A stretch of 64,000 nt of DNA, taken from Felis catus. Lineage: Eukaryota. The stretch lies in NCBI RefSeq assembly GCF_018350175.1, contig NC_058368.1:55306001-55370000 (forward strand), in the 5' to 3' direction. Positions within the stretch are counted from its first letter, which is position 1. Every line of letters begins with the position of its first letter. The notes below the pieces were generated by a model. That model had not been told where the DNA came from and searched no databases. It saw only the letters and a program-made list of their open reading frames with translations. Position numbers and translations under genes: made by a program. This document shows positions 37,196 through 49,633 of the stretch, piece by piece.

Positions 37196-40086
37196 AGAAG
37201 ACAACCATATGGCTAACAGATACATAAAAGCATGCTCAACATCATCAGGGAAATACAAATCAAAACCACAATGAGATACCATCATGTCACGCCTGTCAGA
37301 ATGGCTAAAATTAAAACACAAGAGGAGAGATAGCAGGTGGCAGTGAGGATGCAGAGAAAGGGGAACCCTCTTGCACTGTTGGTGGGAATGCAAACTGGTA
37401 TAGCCACTGTGGAGAATATATGGAGGTTCTCCATATATTGGAGATACCTTAATGGTATCTCCATTACCATTGGAGGTACCTTGGAGGTACCTTAAAAAAC
37501 CTTAAGGAACCTTGGAGGTTCCTTAAAAAACTGAAAATAGAACTACCCCATGATACAGCAATTGCACTATAGGTATGTACCCAAAGGATACAAAAATACA
37601 GATTTGAAGGGGTATGTGTACCCCAATGTTTATAGCAGAATTATCAACAATAGCCAAAATATGGAGAGAGTCCAAATATCCATCGATTGATAAATAGATA
37701 AAGAAGATGTGGTATACATACATGCAATGGAATATTATTCTGTCATCTAAAAGAATGAGGTCTTATTTGCAATGGTGTGGATAGAGCTAGAATGTAGTAT
37801 GCTAAGTGAAATAAGTCAATCAGAGAAACAAATATCATATGATTTCACTCATGGTAGAAAATAACTCTGACTAGTCATTGCAATCTGTTTAAAGTATTCA
37901 TACCAGACTTTTCTATAAGGTAATGGTGAAAATATTATACTCCTAGTGCTTGGTACCAGAATTCTATTTTTTGTGATATTTAACACTTTTGCTAAAACTA
38001 ATTCATAAACTAACTTAGAAAAAGCTAATAATAAAAGAATCCCAAGCATAGGCATGGACATTAGGGAGCTAACAGAAGGTAACAGAAAGGAGGCACAATC
38101 TTATGGGGTTTACAAGTCAGAGAGCCATGGACTAATTGATGTGATATGATCCTTTAACAGTAATGCAGTAAGAATGACACTTGATATTTTTTAACTATAT
38201 TAATTAATAGACTTTTGTAAAAACCAGTAAGAGAGTTGAATTTGGCCATTAGGTGGTTAGGATGGAATTGAAATGGGTTGCTTACACACAGCTAAGGGGA
38301 CACTCATGATCATATGGAAAAAGACACCCTTAATTCATTGAAATCTTGTGGTTGTCTCTATGTTCTCATAAGTCAAACTGGAAGGTGTGATACAAATTTA
38401 CCTAAATCCCTGATAGGTAGAATAGATTCTTCTGTCCAAGATTCCCTGATCCATATTAACAAAGATGAACAGCAGTTATAACCATGAAACTATTATACAA
38501 TCTTAATATTATGAAATATATTTATATTCAAAGATATTTTAATGGTATGTTAACATCAATGTGTATTTTCAAATCAGATTTATTATAATGTTATATCTTA
38601 CTATACAAATTTTATTTTTAAATAAGCCCTTTATTAACTTTATATATAAATATTTTGTTTTTTTAAATAGAAATATATAAAATAATTTAAATATCAGTTG
38701 ACTAATACAACCAAGATTGTAATATCTAGAGGTACTGAAAAGAGATCAATAGCATTCTGCTCAAGATTAGTTTATGTCTAGTTATTCTATATTTTATATA
38801 ATTGTTAATTGGAAATTGGACTCCTATTTAATCAAACAATTGTTAAAATGCTATATGAATAAACACATATACAATTTTTTAATGCCTCTGTATGGAATCA
38901 CTATTAATATGGCATTAGTAGAGAAAAATAGGAATATAGCGTCTTGAGAAATACATTTGTAGCATCAGGCTACTCCAGATTCAGAAAACAGCACTGTAGT
39001 GAGTTGGGAAAAAAAGTATGAGAGGAGGAAATGAAAGAAAAAGTAATGAGGAATAAAGTTGAGGAAAACAAGAATTATAGAATAATAGAAGCAAAGCAAT
39101 TGATGTGGGAGTTATGTAGTTTTATAAGTCTTTGACCTTAATTCTCAGCTATTTTGAAATTAAATAAAGGAAGTTATTTAACTTTCCTTATTGGAAAATG
39201 AATGTGGTGGACAAGTTGACCCCAAAGCACCCTTCTAACTTAATTTCTTATGCTTCCAGGAATTGAAGTTAGTGACTATTAATTATCATCATAATAAAAG
39301 GAAATGTTAAATGATGACAAATATCAGAAACTACTTTGGCACTGTTTCTGTGAATAAAGTGCATATCAATCCCTAGTGTGCACTGAATAACATCGACCTC
39401 AAAAAAACCTTGAGAAATTATATGACTCTGACCTGCAACTCATTATTTAATGCCTGGAAATATCATTCCATTTGTAAATGCCCCACTGCCCCCAATGAAA
39501 TATACATACCTTAGATAAGGATCACATTTTTTCTTATGGCTTGATTTACTATCAAGAAGTGTTTATTGATTAATTACACACACACATATTTTTTCCACTT
39601 ATTTGACTTTCTTCTCTCTCTCTCTTTTTCTCAACAGATATTGGCTGTAGATATCTAGATCTAGATATACATATTGAGGGGGGGGACAGAGGACAAGTCA
39701 AACTAATGACTAATAAGAGACAATGGCCTTATGTTGGAAAAACGGAACATAGTATTGCTAACACATTAGATACTAAAGACAAATTATTTTACTTAAACTT
39801 CAAAAGACACCGCAAGATGGGATTTTCATTCCCAATTTATCTACTTTTGAAGTTTAATTAATTGAATCTAAGTCTATTTTTTTTCTCACTAAAACAGGGC
39901 ATTACATTATTTTAAATCTACTTCATAATTATTGCACCTACTTAAAAATACACTTTTTGTAGTTTTTACTATACATGGGGCACTGTGCCTCAAGTCTCCT
40001 TAATATTCCAATAAATATTTGCATGTACTCTATTTCACTATCAGAAATGCAGCAAAACAGTTAAAGTAAGTGGAAACTTATGGTGG

Positions 40087-41315
40087 ATGTCTTTCTTGGT
40101 ATTGAAAGTTGTTTGCTTTTCTGGAGATAAATAAATTTGTCAAGCCAGAAAATTATGACATATTTATATCCAACAAGAATTCTGAATTTCATTAGGACTG
40201 AGTGATAGGCTGGTGGAAATTGGATTTGGATTTGGAGATATCAGCTTACCCTATATGTGTGGTTCTAGGAAGAAGAGCCTCCTTATTGGCAGGAGTGAAC
40301 CTGAGAGGAAAAAAACTGTCCAAGCCCGCTACTACTGATAAACATTAATTATGAAAGAACTTCACTTCTATGATAATTTACATAAAATTAAGAGTCAGAA
40401 AAGAAAATAATATCTAATGTTAATCCCAATCTAAATTTCAGAACAGGACAAATGAAAGGAAATTTGCCCAAATGTTAAGATTACATATTTGAAAACTACT
40501 TTTCAATTCATGAATAAAAATAATGTTTCAGGAAAAAAATATCAATTTTAGTAGAATGAGAGAAAATAAGTTCTTTGTAAAATATATAGTTAGGGATAAA
40601 GAAAAATAAGATAGAAAAATTTCTTGAGGTTTCAATTATCTATATCTATATCTATATCTATATCTATATCTATCTATCTATAGATATAGATATAGATATA
40701 GATATAGATATAGATATAGATATAGATATAGATATATAGATATATGAACTGTTAGTGTTTACATTTTCCTCAGAGAAAGGGTTAAGATTATCATCATGTT
40801 CAGTATAAGACATGTTAGGCAAGGGTGTTTGGTAGTATGTTTTTTTCCTTGCTGGGCAAGCATTTGTTATACAGTGAAAATGCAAACACAGGCAAATTTT
40901 GTAATGCCACAGAGACCTGAATTGTAAAAACAAAGGTTAGTTGCAAATATTTAATCCATCTAAAAAAATAACAGAAATTCAATACTACTTTATTGAGTTT
41001 CTGATTGCAGTTTTTTGCCAAAATGTGAGATTGTGACACTGAATTATATAGTAAAGTTCTTCACAAGATTATTTCCAAAATACTAATTTCTTCAAATATT
41101 ATTTGAATTATCAAATATCAATATCAAATATCAAATATTAGTATTTCTTCAATATAAGTATTTCTTCAATACTAATATCAAATATTAGTATTTCTTCAAA
41201 ATACTAATGAAATTCAGAATTCTTCCTATTGGATATAAATATGTCATAATTTTCTGGCTTGACACATTTATTTATCTCCAGAAAAGCAAACAACTTTCAA
41301 TACCTAGAAAAACAT
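40087..41315. repeat. Inverted duplication of ~110 bp non-TE sequence (40087-40195 and 41204-41315)
   Basis: ggtattgaaagttgtttgcttttctggagataaataaat...gaattctgaatttcattag is repeated in reverse complement with a few substitutions and one small indel. Confidence 0.93.
40637..40745. repeat. Self-complementary (TATATC)n-(GATATA)n microsatellite
   Basis: The hexamer array switches to its reverse complement at about 40680/40681. Confidence 0.95.
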
Positions 41316-42094
41316 TTAGCTACAATATGTGATATACTAATAAGCTAATTGTATTTGGTGAATGATATTAATATTTATTTTCATATACTTAAAATTTCAT
41401 AATATTAGATTGTTGTCCATACCTTTCTAAAGTTTTGATATGATATAAATTTTGCTATTATATGAAACTACTAAAATTACTAAATTAAAAACAAACTAGT
41501 ATTAAATAGGTAAAATAGTTATCATTATTTTAAATTTCTTTCATGTGCTAACCTCAAAATAAGTCACACACACACACACACACACACATAATTATAATAA
41601 GCATAAGCACACATAGTGATTGTGCCAAATAACTTAATGAAAAAAAAAACCCTGTCTAGAAGTAAATTGGAAGCTTGTATTATCTTTGAGAATCTAAAGA
41701 TTATACTGAAGATAGACATTATATAATACTTAAATACAATTTAAAAATCGAAGTAGCTTGAAATCCTCATAGGCCACAAGAAATTGTTTCCCAGTGCAGC
41801 ACAATCTCTCCCATTTTTGCCCCTGATATGTCATAATCACAAACCCAATCACCCATTCAAATTGCTGGGAAAAGAGGAAAAAAAAAAAAAACTATCAGAG
41901 ATCAAAGGATTCAATGTGCTTCCCTACCAACTTAATGATAGTTGTTCTTCACTTTCCTTTTCTCTTTTCTTGTGATTTCATACTGCCTTGCAATCAATAT
42001 TAACCAGTTAAAAAATAAAGATGTTGTTTCCTAGGCATATCATATCAAAGGTATGGATTGAATTGCTCCTTTTCTCCAGCAATTAAGATGCGTA

Positions 42095-42727
42095 ACTTGT
42101 GCAGCTGCTCTGGAAAACAGTGTGGAGGTTCCTCAAAAAAATAAATAGAACTACCCTATGACCCAGCAATAGCGCTACTAGGAATTTACCGAAGGGTTAC
42201 AGGAGTGCTGATTCATAGGGGCACATGTACCCCAATGACTATAGCAGTGCTTTCAACAATAGACAAATTATGGAAAAAGCCTAAATGTCCATCAACTGAT
42301 GGATGGATAAAGAAGATGTGGTTTATATATACAATGGAATACTACTTGGCAATGAGAAAGAAGGAAATCATGCCATTTGCAGTAACGTAGATGGAACTGG
42401 AAGGTATTATGCTGAGTGAAATAAATCAGTCAGAAGGACAGATATATGTTTTCACTCATATGTGGATCTTGAGAAACTTAACAAAAGACAATGGGGGAAG
42501 GGAAGGGGAGAAAAATAGTTAACAAACAGAGAGGGAGGGAGGCAAACCACAAGAGACTCTTAAATACAGAGAACAAACTGAAGGTGGATGGGGGTGTTGG
42601 GGAGAGAGGAAAATGGGCGATGGGCATTGAAGATGGCACTTGTTGGAATGAGCACTGGGTGTTGTAGTAAGCCAATTTGACAATAAATTATATTCATAAA
42701 AAAGTAACATAATTTATCAAATTAAAA
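42095..42727 (+). mobile_element. Felid L1, 5'-truncated 3' end
   Basis: ORF2 C-terminus LIHRGTCTPM...EYYLAMRK, 3' UTR and aataaa; TSD aagatgc(g/a)ta. Confidence 0.95.
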
Positions 42728-43231
42728 AAGATGCATATACCATACAAGGAGAAATATCAAATCATTCTAAGATCTTAAAGTAGTGACCCTAATAACAATT
42801 GGACTTAATTATCAAAGGCAGACAGTAAGTTTACACAGTGTCTTAATTTTTTTTAAGAGAAAGAGAGAGAGAGAAACAGTTAAGAATTACTATATATACG
42901 TTGATACATGACTTCTTTGGATTGCAAATGTTGGCCAATAAATTTATGGTTTTATTGAGACCATTGGCCCCAATAATTCTCTTTCAAGATTTAAAACAGT
43001 GGTATATTACTATAGTTTTATAACAAAAAACAAAAATAGAAGCATCTTTCAATTTTTTAGTTTATACTTTAAAAATATAACAGTTATTTGTCTCTGGGTT
43101 GCAAAAATTCTCAATTTTTACATATCAAGTTTTTTTTATATTAAATAGAAGTATATTTAGTAGAAAAACTATTATCAGTGAAAGAAAAACTTTATCTTTC
43201 TAAACAAAAAAAACTTTAAATTTATGTTTCT

Positions 43232-43412
43232 TTTTAAGATTTATTTGTTTTTGAGAGAGAGTGCGAGCTGGGAAGGGGCAGAGAGAGAGGGGCACAGAAG
43301 ATCCAAGACAGGCTCTGCACTGACAGCAGCAAGCCTGATTCAGGGCTCAAACTCACAAACTGTGAGATCATGACCTGAGCTGAAGTCCGACGCTTAAACA
43401 ACTGAGCCACCC
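43232..43412 (-). mobile_element. CanSINE, missing the first ~9 nt
   Basis: TSD taaattt(a/g)tgtttct. Confidence 0.94.
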
Positions 43413-44569
43413 TAAATTTGTGTTTCTATAGGTTATTTCACTGTATTTGTAAACAGATGACATTACATGAATTGAGGGAGAGATTATTGGGTGATCTCAA
43501 TATGTACTTTGAGGATGATAATACATGCATAATTCATAACTATGGCAATCTTAAAATGTAATTATATGTTAAGACTTTCTTCACTCTAATTTTCTGAACA
43601 AATTCTAAGCCTGAAAATATATAATAATTTCACTTTGAAACCAGTCTCCTTAAAGACATTTTTCTAAAAATAGAATTTACTTAAGTATCTGTAAATGTAA
43701 TTCATAAAAATATATGGATTTTAAAATTAAGAGAATAAACAGCCCAATTTTGGACTTGTAACTTTAGTTAACTTGATGAAATTCAGTTTTTTCTAATAAA
43801 GTGATTAATTTATTCCTCATCATATTAATATGATTACCAGCTAATATCCTGAGATTACATTTATTTGAACCATTTAGATCAGTTTGCATTGCTATTAACT
43901 AGAATTAATATGAAATCGATAGCTTCACCATGGAAATCCTGTTATCGTTGAAAAATTCTCTTATTTCTGTTGATTCATAGTAATACATTAACCAAATGTA
44001 GTTGTTCTCAGATTACAAGAGAACTACTACTTTACTTACAAAAAAGTACTTTTTTTGTACTTTCCATGTACAAAAAACTGTCAATAATACATACAATTAA
44101 TGCTATGAATGAAGCTAATGTATGAAGTATACTCATTAATTCCTTATATTATATTTAATTATTAAATATAATTATCAGTTATATTAATTACATGGGAAAG
44201 AATATTAAGAAATTAAGAAGTTCTTAAATGTGTCTATCTGGGCATTTTCCTAATATTTATGTACAAAATTGAACACTCATGATTACTGGGAAGTTTTTTT
44301 CTTTTTTTTTTCTTCTCACCAATCTGTAATTATAATATAATTGTAGTTGGTTTTCCAGCGCATTTACCTCATGCGTCAAGATTTTGATAGTCCAGGAAAA
44401 TAAGTTCTTGATTTTCAAATATCTGAACATAATCACATACAGTACCTCCATTAGATCATAACTGGATTGAAATATTTTCCAAATATACAGATGCTAAGAA
44501 AGAAACCTGGAAATCAAATGGAAAATGTCTTTGATGCCTTCCTTAATATATCAACAAAATTTCTCACTT

Positions 44570-44730
44570 CCCCCTCATCTCTCTATTCTTCCTTCCCTTC
44601 CCCTTTCTCTGGCTCTCTTCTTTGTCTTCACCTTTCTCCTCCTCTCCTTCCCTCGTCTCTCTTCCTCTTCCTTTTCCATTCCCCTGCCTTCTTTTTCTCC
44701 TCCGCCCCCTTCTTTTTCTTCCACTATAAC
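44570..44730. repeat. CT-rich low-complexity tract
   Basis: Direct reading. Confidence 0.85.
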
Positions 44731-44749
44731 TTTTCTAAATCAGTATAGA

Positions 44750-44960
44750 TCAAAATTTTTAAATTTAAGCACTAGTAAAATTTGGGACTAATAATTCTTT
44801 GTGTGGGGACTGCCCTATGCATTATAAAGTGTCTAGCAGCATTTTTGACATCTATTCCCTAGATGCCCAGAGCAAATGTCCTGTAGTGACAATAAAAAAA
44901 ATATTCAGATATTGCCACTGATATAGATGCTTAAATTAGCCTTGATGCTATTGAGAGTTC
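44750..44960 (-). mobile_element. MER20 (hAT-Charlie) DNA transposon
   Basis: ataattctttgtgtggggactgccctatgcattataaagtgtctagcagcat...ctagatgcc...gtgacaataaaaaaaatattcagatattgcca matches the reverse complement of the recalled MER20. Confidence 0.8.
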
Positions 44961-44992
44961 TTGGTAGAATATTTTGTACTTCTATATGGATT

Positions 44993-45067
44993 TATTATTG
45001 TTCTTGTTGTTATTATTTGTTTTAGAAAGAGAGGGTGCAAGCAGGGGAAGAGGGGCGGCCTGGGGGC

Positions 45068-45123
<56 letters not shown>

Positions 45124-45246
45124 GTATCTTAAGCAGGCTCCACGCTCAGCATAGAGCTCAAATAGCTTGATCCCACAACCTTGGTATCATGACCTGAACC
45201 AAAATCAAGAGTCGGACGCTCAACCACCTGAGCCACCCAGGTGCCC
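44993..45246 (-). mobile_element. CanSINE with long (GA)n
   Basis: TSD tatggattta(t/c)tatt. Confidence 0.94.
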
Positions 45247-45494
45247 ATGTATGGATTTACTATTTTTAAGATGTTAACTAACTGCTAAATGCAAGGACAC
45301 ATGCTAGATTCCTTGTGCTACAAATTCTTTCTTGGATGATCCGTTTGCTTTAGAACATATTGAAAGCTATAGAGAATAGATAAGGAGAAGTTTTATTTAA
45401 TAAACGCATAAATGAAAATTGTTTTAATCCAGTCATATCTACTGAATAGCAGTTTAGATTTTTTTTTTCAGCTTCCCTTTAAACATTTTTAGTT

Positions 45495-45657
45495 GGGGGT
45501 GCCTGGGTAGCTTAGTTGGTTAAGCATCCAATTCTTGATTTCAGCTCAGGTCATGATCTCATAGTTTGTGGGACTGAGTCCCACATCAGGCACCATGCTG
45601 ACAGCAGGGAACCTGCTTAGGATTCTTTCTCTCCCTCTCTCTGCCCTTCCCTGCCTG

Positions 45658-45701
<44 letters not shown>

Positions 45702-45720
45702 ATAAATAAACATCAAAAAA
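45495..45720 (+). mobile_element. CanSINE
   Basis: gggggtgcctgggtagcttagttgg head, (CT)n and A tail; TSD around ttttagtt. Confidence 0.94.
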
Positions 45721-46484
45721 TCCAATTTTAGTTATATGTATAACCAACATTCCAAAAACCTTAGTATCTCAAAATTAGAGATAACTCTCTTCTCTTCCAC
45801 ATCTTTGTTTTTCTTCTTATATCAGTTAAGTGATTCTTTCTAAAAATTATGTTATTTCTAAAAATCTTTGATATAACTATTCCTTAAATTGGTTATCTCT
45901 TTTGGTTCCCTAAACATATTTGTAGATAAGATTTTTTTTTTCTTTGCAGGGACTTCATTTCTTGAGTTCAATCCCTCATCTATAGTAATAGCTTCACTGA
46001 CTTGATTTTTGTATTCCTCAGTTTTCTGGAATACAGACAGAAGCAAAAGATGACATTGTTGACATAGAATAGTCAAAAGGTGAGTAGAGAGATTCCTGCT
46101 AATGGTCTATATGATGTTCCAGGAAGAAAAAAGAGCTTTTCAGGAAGTAGAATTGAGGGTGTGGGTAAAAGTGACATGTCAGGTCATTTATACATCAAGA
46201 ATGGGACAATATGTGATACTCTGTACCAGACTTTAAGAAGGTATTCCTTCCCTTTATATTCCTCCCAAATATAAAATATTTTAAGCTATAATTATATGGA
46301 GTATAGAGTTGAACCTCTATCAATAAAAATCTTAAACTTTGTGTCTTCTTTAGGATAATATTTGAGTCAGTTGTAGATCATAATAGCCATAACAATTTCT
46401 AATTATTCCTCTCTCCTAACTCTGATGAAAATGAGACAATAAAATTCTGATTTAATTTCTACCTATTATTAGATAAAACCTAGC

Positions 46485-46487
46485 CAA

Positions 46488-46548
<61 letters not shown>

Positions 46549-46630
46549 AGACAGAGAAAGAAAAGAGAGAGAAAGAAAGAAACAAACAAAAAAGAAGCAA
46601 AGAAAGAAACAAAGAAACAAAGAAAAAAAC
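46485..46630. repeat. (GAAA)n microsatellite
   Basis: Direct reading. Confidence 0.95.
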
Positions 46631-47276
46631 AGTCACAAACCCTGGACAATGAAACTTTTTAGTGACAACAGCATAGCTAGAAGGAAAACTCTTGAGGAAC
46701 AGAATAAAACTCTTCTAACACCAGTGAATTGAGAGGGTTACAAAGAATCCATTAAAGAGGGGGAAAAAATAAAACTGTCTGGTGATGCTTTTTCACAGCA
46801 GAGGAAGACACATAACAAGCAGGAAGCTAAAGCAAAAAAAAAAAAAAAGTCCTATTGAAAGATATATAAGAAGACTACCCTAAAGCATTGAAGAAATAAC
46901 TTTCTTTGAACTGGATTTATTGTTCAGAGTAGGACAGGAACATAGAAATTGTGTGATTCATATCTTCAAAAAGATTAAAAAGAAAAGTTTCTTCTCAGAA
47001 AGTAGAACTAGCCTTCACAGGGAAGAACAAATCTGCAATAAAAACTATTAAATATTGTTTAAAAGCAAAGTTGCCAAATTTAAAGTTGAGATATTCTCAT
47101 TACAAAAGAATATCATGAATTAAATTAAGCAGAAACACAAATACAACCACAAATATACAAAACTACAACCACAAGCAAATATACAATGGCACGCACACAA
47201 CTATTCATAAATACACATCCACTGTATATATAAGTACACATGGATTTACAATATAAACCAGAAAAGTAATATACTG

Positions 47277-47347
47277 TATTAATTATATTATATTATATTA
47301 TATTATATTATATTATATTATATTATATTATATTACATTACATTACA
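47277..47347. repeat. (TATTA)n pentanucleotide repeat
   Basis: Direct reading. Confidence 0.95.
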
Positions 47348-48203
47348 AATACTGGTAAATTAATTCCCCAAGAAGAAATTTAATAATCTCTGGTAGTTAT
47401 CTCTATTCAAAATACATTAAAACTGAAAATGGAAACATACATAAAATTAGATTTCTAAAAAATAACCCCTTGGGAGCAAACTAAAAATTTCTTGCTAACA
47501 TTTAGGAGAAAGAAAATGTCAACTGTATATTTATGGTTTACTAACTGTAAATATTAAAAAGGTCTCATTCATAGGACAGTTAACCCTTTCATGTGTTCAG
47601 ATATTTTTGATATCTTAATCCTTTTTTTGTGAGATCTAAAATCACTTTCCTAAAGAGTATTTCTAAAATTTACTCCTGGAGATGACATCTGAGGCTATAC
47701 ATGAAACAATTTTCCTAATTACTCATCCTTGTTCACAGCTTTATTTATTCTTCTTTTTCTGAAAAGCAGGTTGTGATGATAAAATTAAGATCCCTCTTTG
47801 ATAAGACAGCACAGCCAAACTCATCACAGCTATTATTTATTCAAGTATCTTGATTCTGTTACTCTGAACCTTTTGTTTTCCTAAACTAAATGCTCAGTCC
47901 TCAGCCTATAAGAAAGCAAATGGTTTTCTCATGGTATTTCAGGCATTATGAAATAAAATTTCAGACACAATATGCACAATTGCCAAGTTTCCCTATACCA
48001 ATCCTCTCCTGAAATGATGGAGAAGAGGGGGTATAACAGGCAGGATGAGAAGGATGGCTGTGGAAAAATACATGGTTGTCATTAGCAAGAAGAAGTAAGC
48101 ACTGCACTCTAACCCATATTTCCAATTTCCAATGTATTTGCTCCCATAAACACTCTTCCAGGTAACTTATTTTGGCATACACTTGAAAGAGTGTCTTAGT
48201 TGC

Positions 48204-48204
<1 letters not shown>

Positions 48205-48254
<50 letters not shown>

Positions 48255-48259
48255 CGTGT
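48205..48259. repeat. (TG)n microsatellite
   Basis: Direct reading. Confidence 0.96.
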
Positions 48260-48721
48260 ATTTTACTCTGTATCTGATAATTCCATAACTACTTCCTCTG
48301 GTTATTGTTCTGCCTGCACTCCATTGTGGACTCTTGCTTCACCATGCATTCTGACATTTTTGGTTGTATAATCCTGTGTGATCAAACTTCACCTGTGGCA
48401 AATCTTGGAAGAAAGAAGTCCTCTGGAGAGAATTTTGCTTGCTTTACTAGGTTCCAGCCTTCCTAACAACCAAAGACTGTTTTAAAATAACTCCTTGCCT
48501 CCAGGATTATTGGATCTGAGGTAATTTTATCTTTGGGTAGCAAACTGTTTTCCCCTACTCTCCAACTACTCACAGTTTGAGACAGGTGATTTCTTAACTT
48601 ACCTCATTGTGGATTCAATTTTACTGAAGTTTATTTTTTAACTAAGGATTTAGGTTTTGGATTTTGCAGCTTTATGTTTTCACTTCCACATGGGAAGGAC
48701 CCTGCCTCCTTCCCATAATAC

Positions 48722-48752
48722 AAAAAAAGAAAGGAAAGAAAGAAAGAAAGGA

Positions 48753-48808
<56 letters not shown>

Positions 48809-48910
48809 AAAGGAAAGAAAAGAAAGAAAAGAAAAGAAAAGAAAAAAGAAAAGAAAAGAAAAGAAAAGAAAAGAAAAGAAAAGGAAAAAGAAAAAGAAAA
48901 GAGAAAAAAG
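48722..48910. repeat. (GAAA)n-(GAAAA)n compound repeat
   Basis: Direct reading. Confidence 0.96.
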
Positions 48911-49633
48911 TCTATTCAAGTTGTCAAAGATTTTCAGTTATCCATAAGAATTCTGAGATGCTTACTTTTCTGGATTCCAATTTTTACATATTTGGTGTCT
49001 GTAGTTCTCTTATTAATTTATATTCAGTGATGTAAAGTCATTTTCCTACATATTGATTATTTTGCCATACAACAGTTATTCAGACTTTCTTGTTTACTGT
49101 ACTTATTCAGTGGGATGTCGTTTGTATTTATAGCATGGCTGGGATGCTGTATTAATTATTCATCAAAAGTAAATTGATTTATTAACAAAATGTCAATGCC
49201 TCATTTTTTTCAATTTTCAATATTCAATATTCAAATGTTTTGTTTCAATTCAATGCTTATGGATCCATGAAGGTCAATACAGCGGACCTCAGTGTCTGTA
49301 ACTATACCTCTTGGCGTATACCCTTTTACCTCTTGGCATACATAAATTTAGTTGATTTTTAAAAAATCTTTCATATATAAGTATGAATTATATTAGCTCT
49401 AATACAAGATAGAACTAACTGCATGCAGCCATATTGAGTGAAAAATCCCTTTTCATTTCAAGACACTTTAAAAAAATTGAAATTGATTTTTGGCACACAA
49501 AAGAACCAATATTGAGTAAAAAGATCACTTTTCACATAATTTTTACATTTAAAAACATGAAAAATTAGTCTTTTGTGTTTGTCTACAAACCAATTTTAAA
49601 CACAAATTCAGTTTGTGACACTGAATATTTAGT

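Larger units (their letters stand above)
36548..37860 (+). mobile_element. Carnivore L1 ORF2 3' fragment lacking 3' UTR and poly(A)
   Basis: ORF 36857 KARETKANMNYWNFIKIK; gggaaccctcttgcactgttggtgggaatgc; ends at gatttcactcatg. Confidence 0.9.

Noticed and set aside
41070..41205. Short repeats resembling a CRISPR or regulatory array
   Set aside because: The motifs are irregular, overlapping and in mixed orientation, with no constant repeat-spacer period. The context is eukaryotic.
44037..44060. Short hairpin tacaaaaaagtactttttttgta
   Set aside because: Low-complexity A/T runs, expected by chance in AT-rich DNA.
45858..46076. 72-aa minus-strand ORF with a KKKK basic patch
   Set aside because: No recognisable homology. 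The basic patch is just the poly-T tract, and I saw no matching splice donor.
48657..49035. Lys/Arg/Glu-rich ORFs (also 22878, 25138, 46452, 16801, 8026)
   Set aside because: These are translations of (GAAA)n, (GGAA)n and (TA/TG)n microsatellites.
49428..49540. Two ~28-bp imperfect direct repeats (atattgagt..aaa..atc.cttttca)
   Set aside because: Only two degenerate copies; an ordinary old local duplication.
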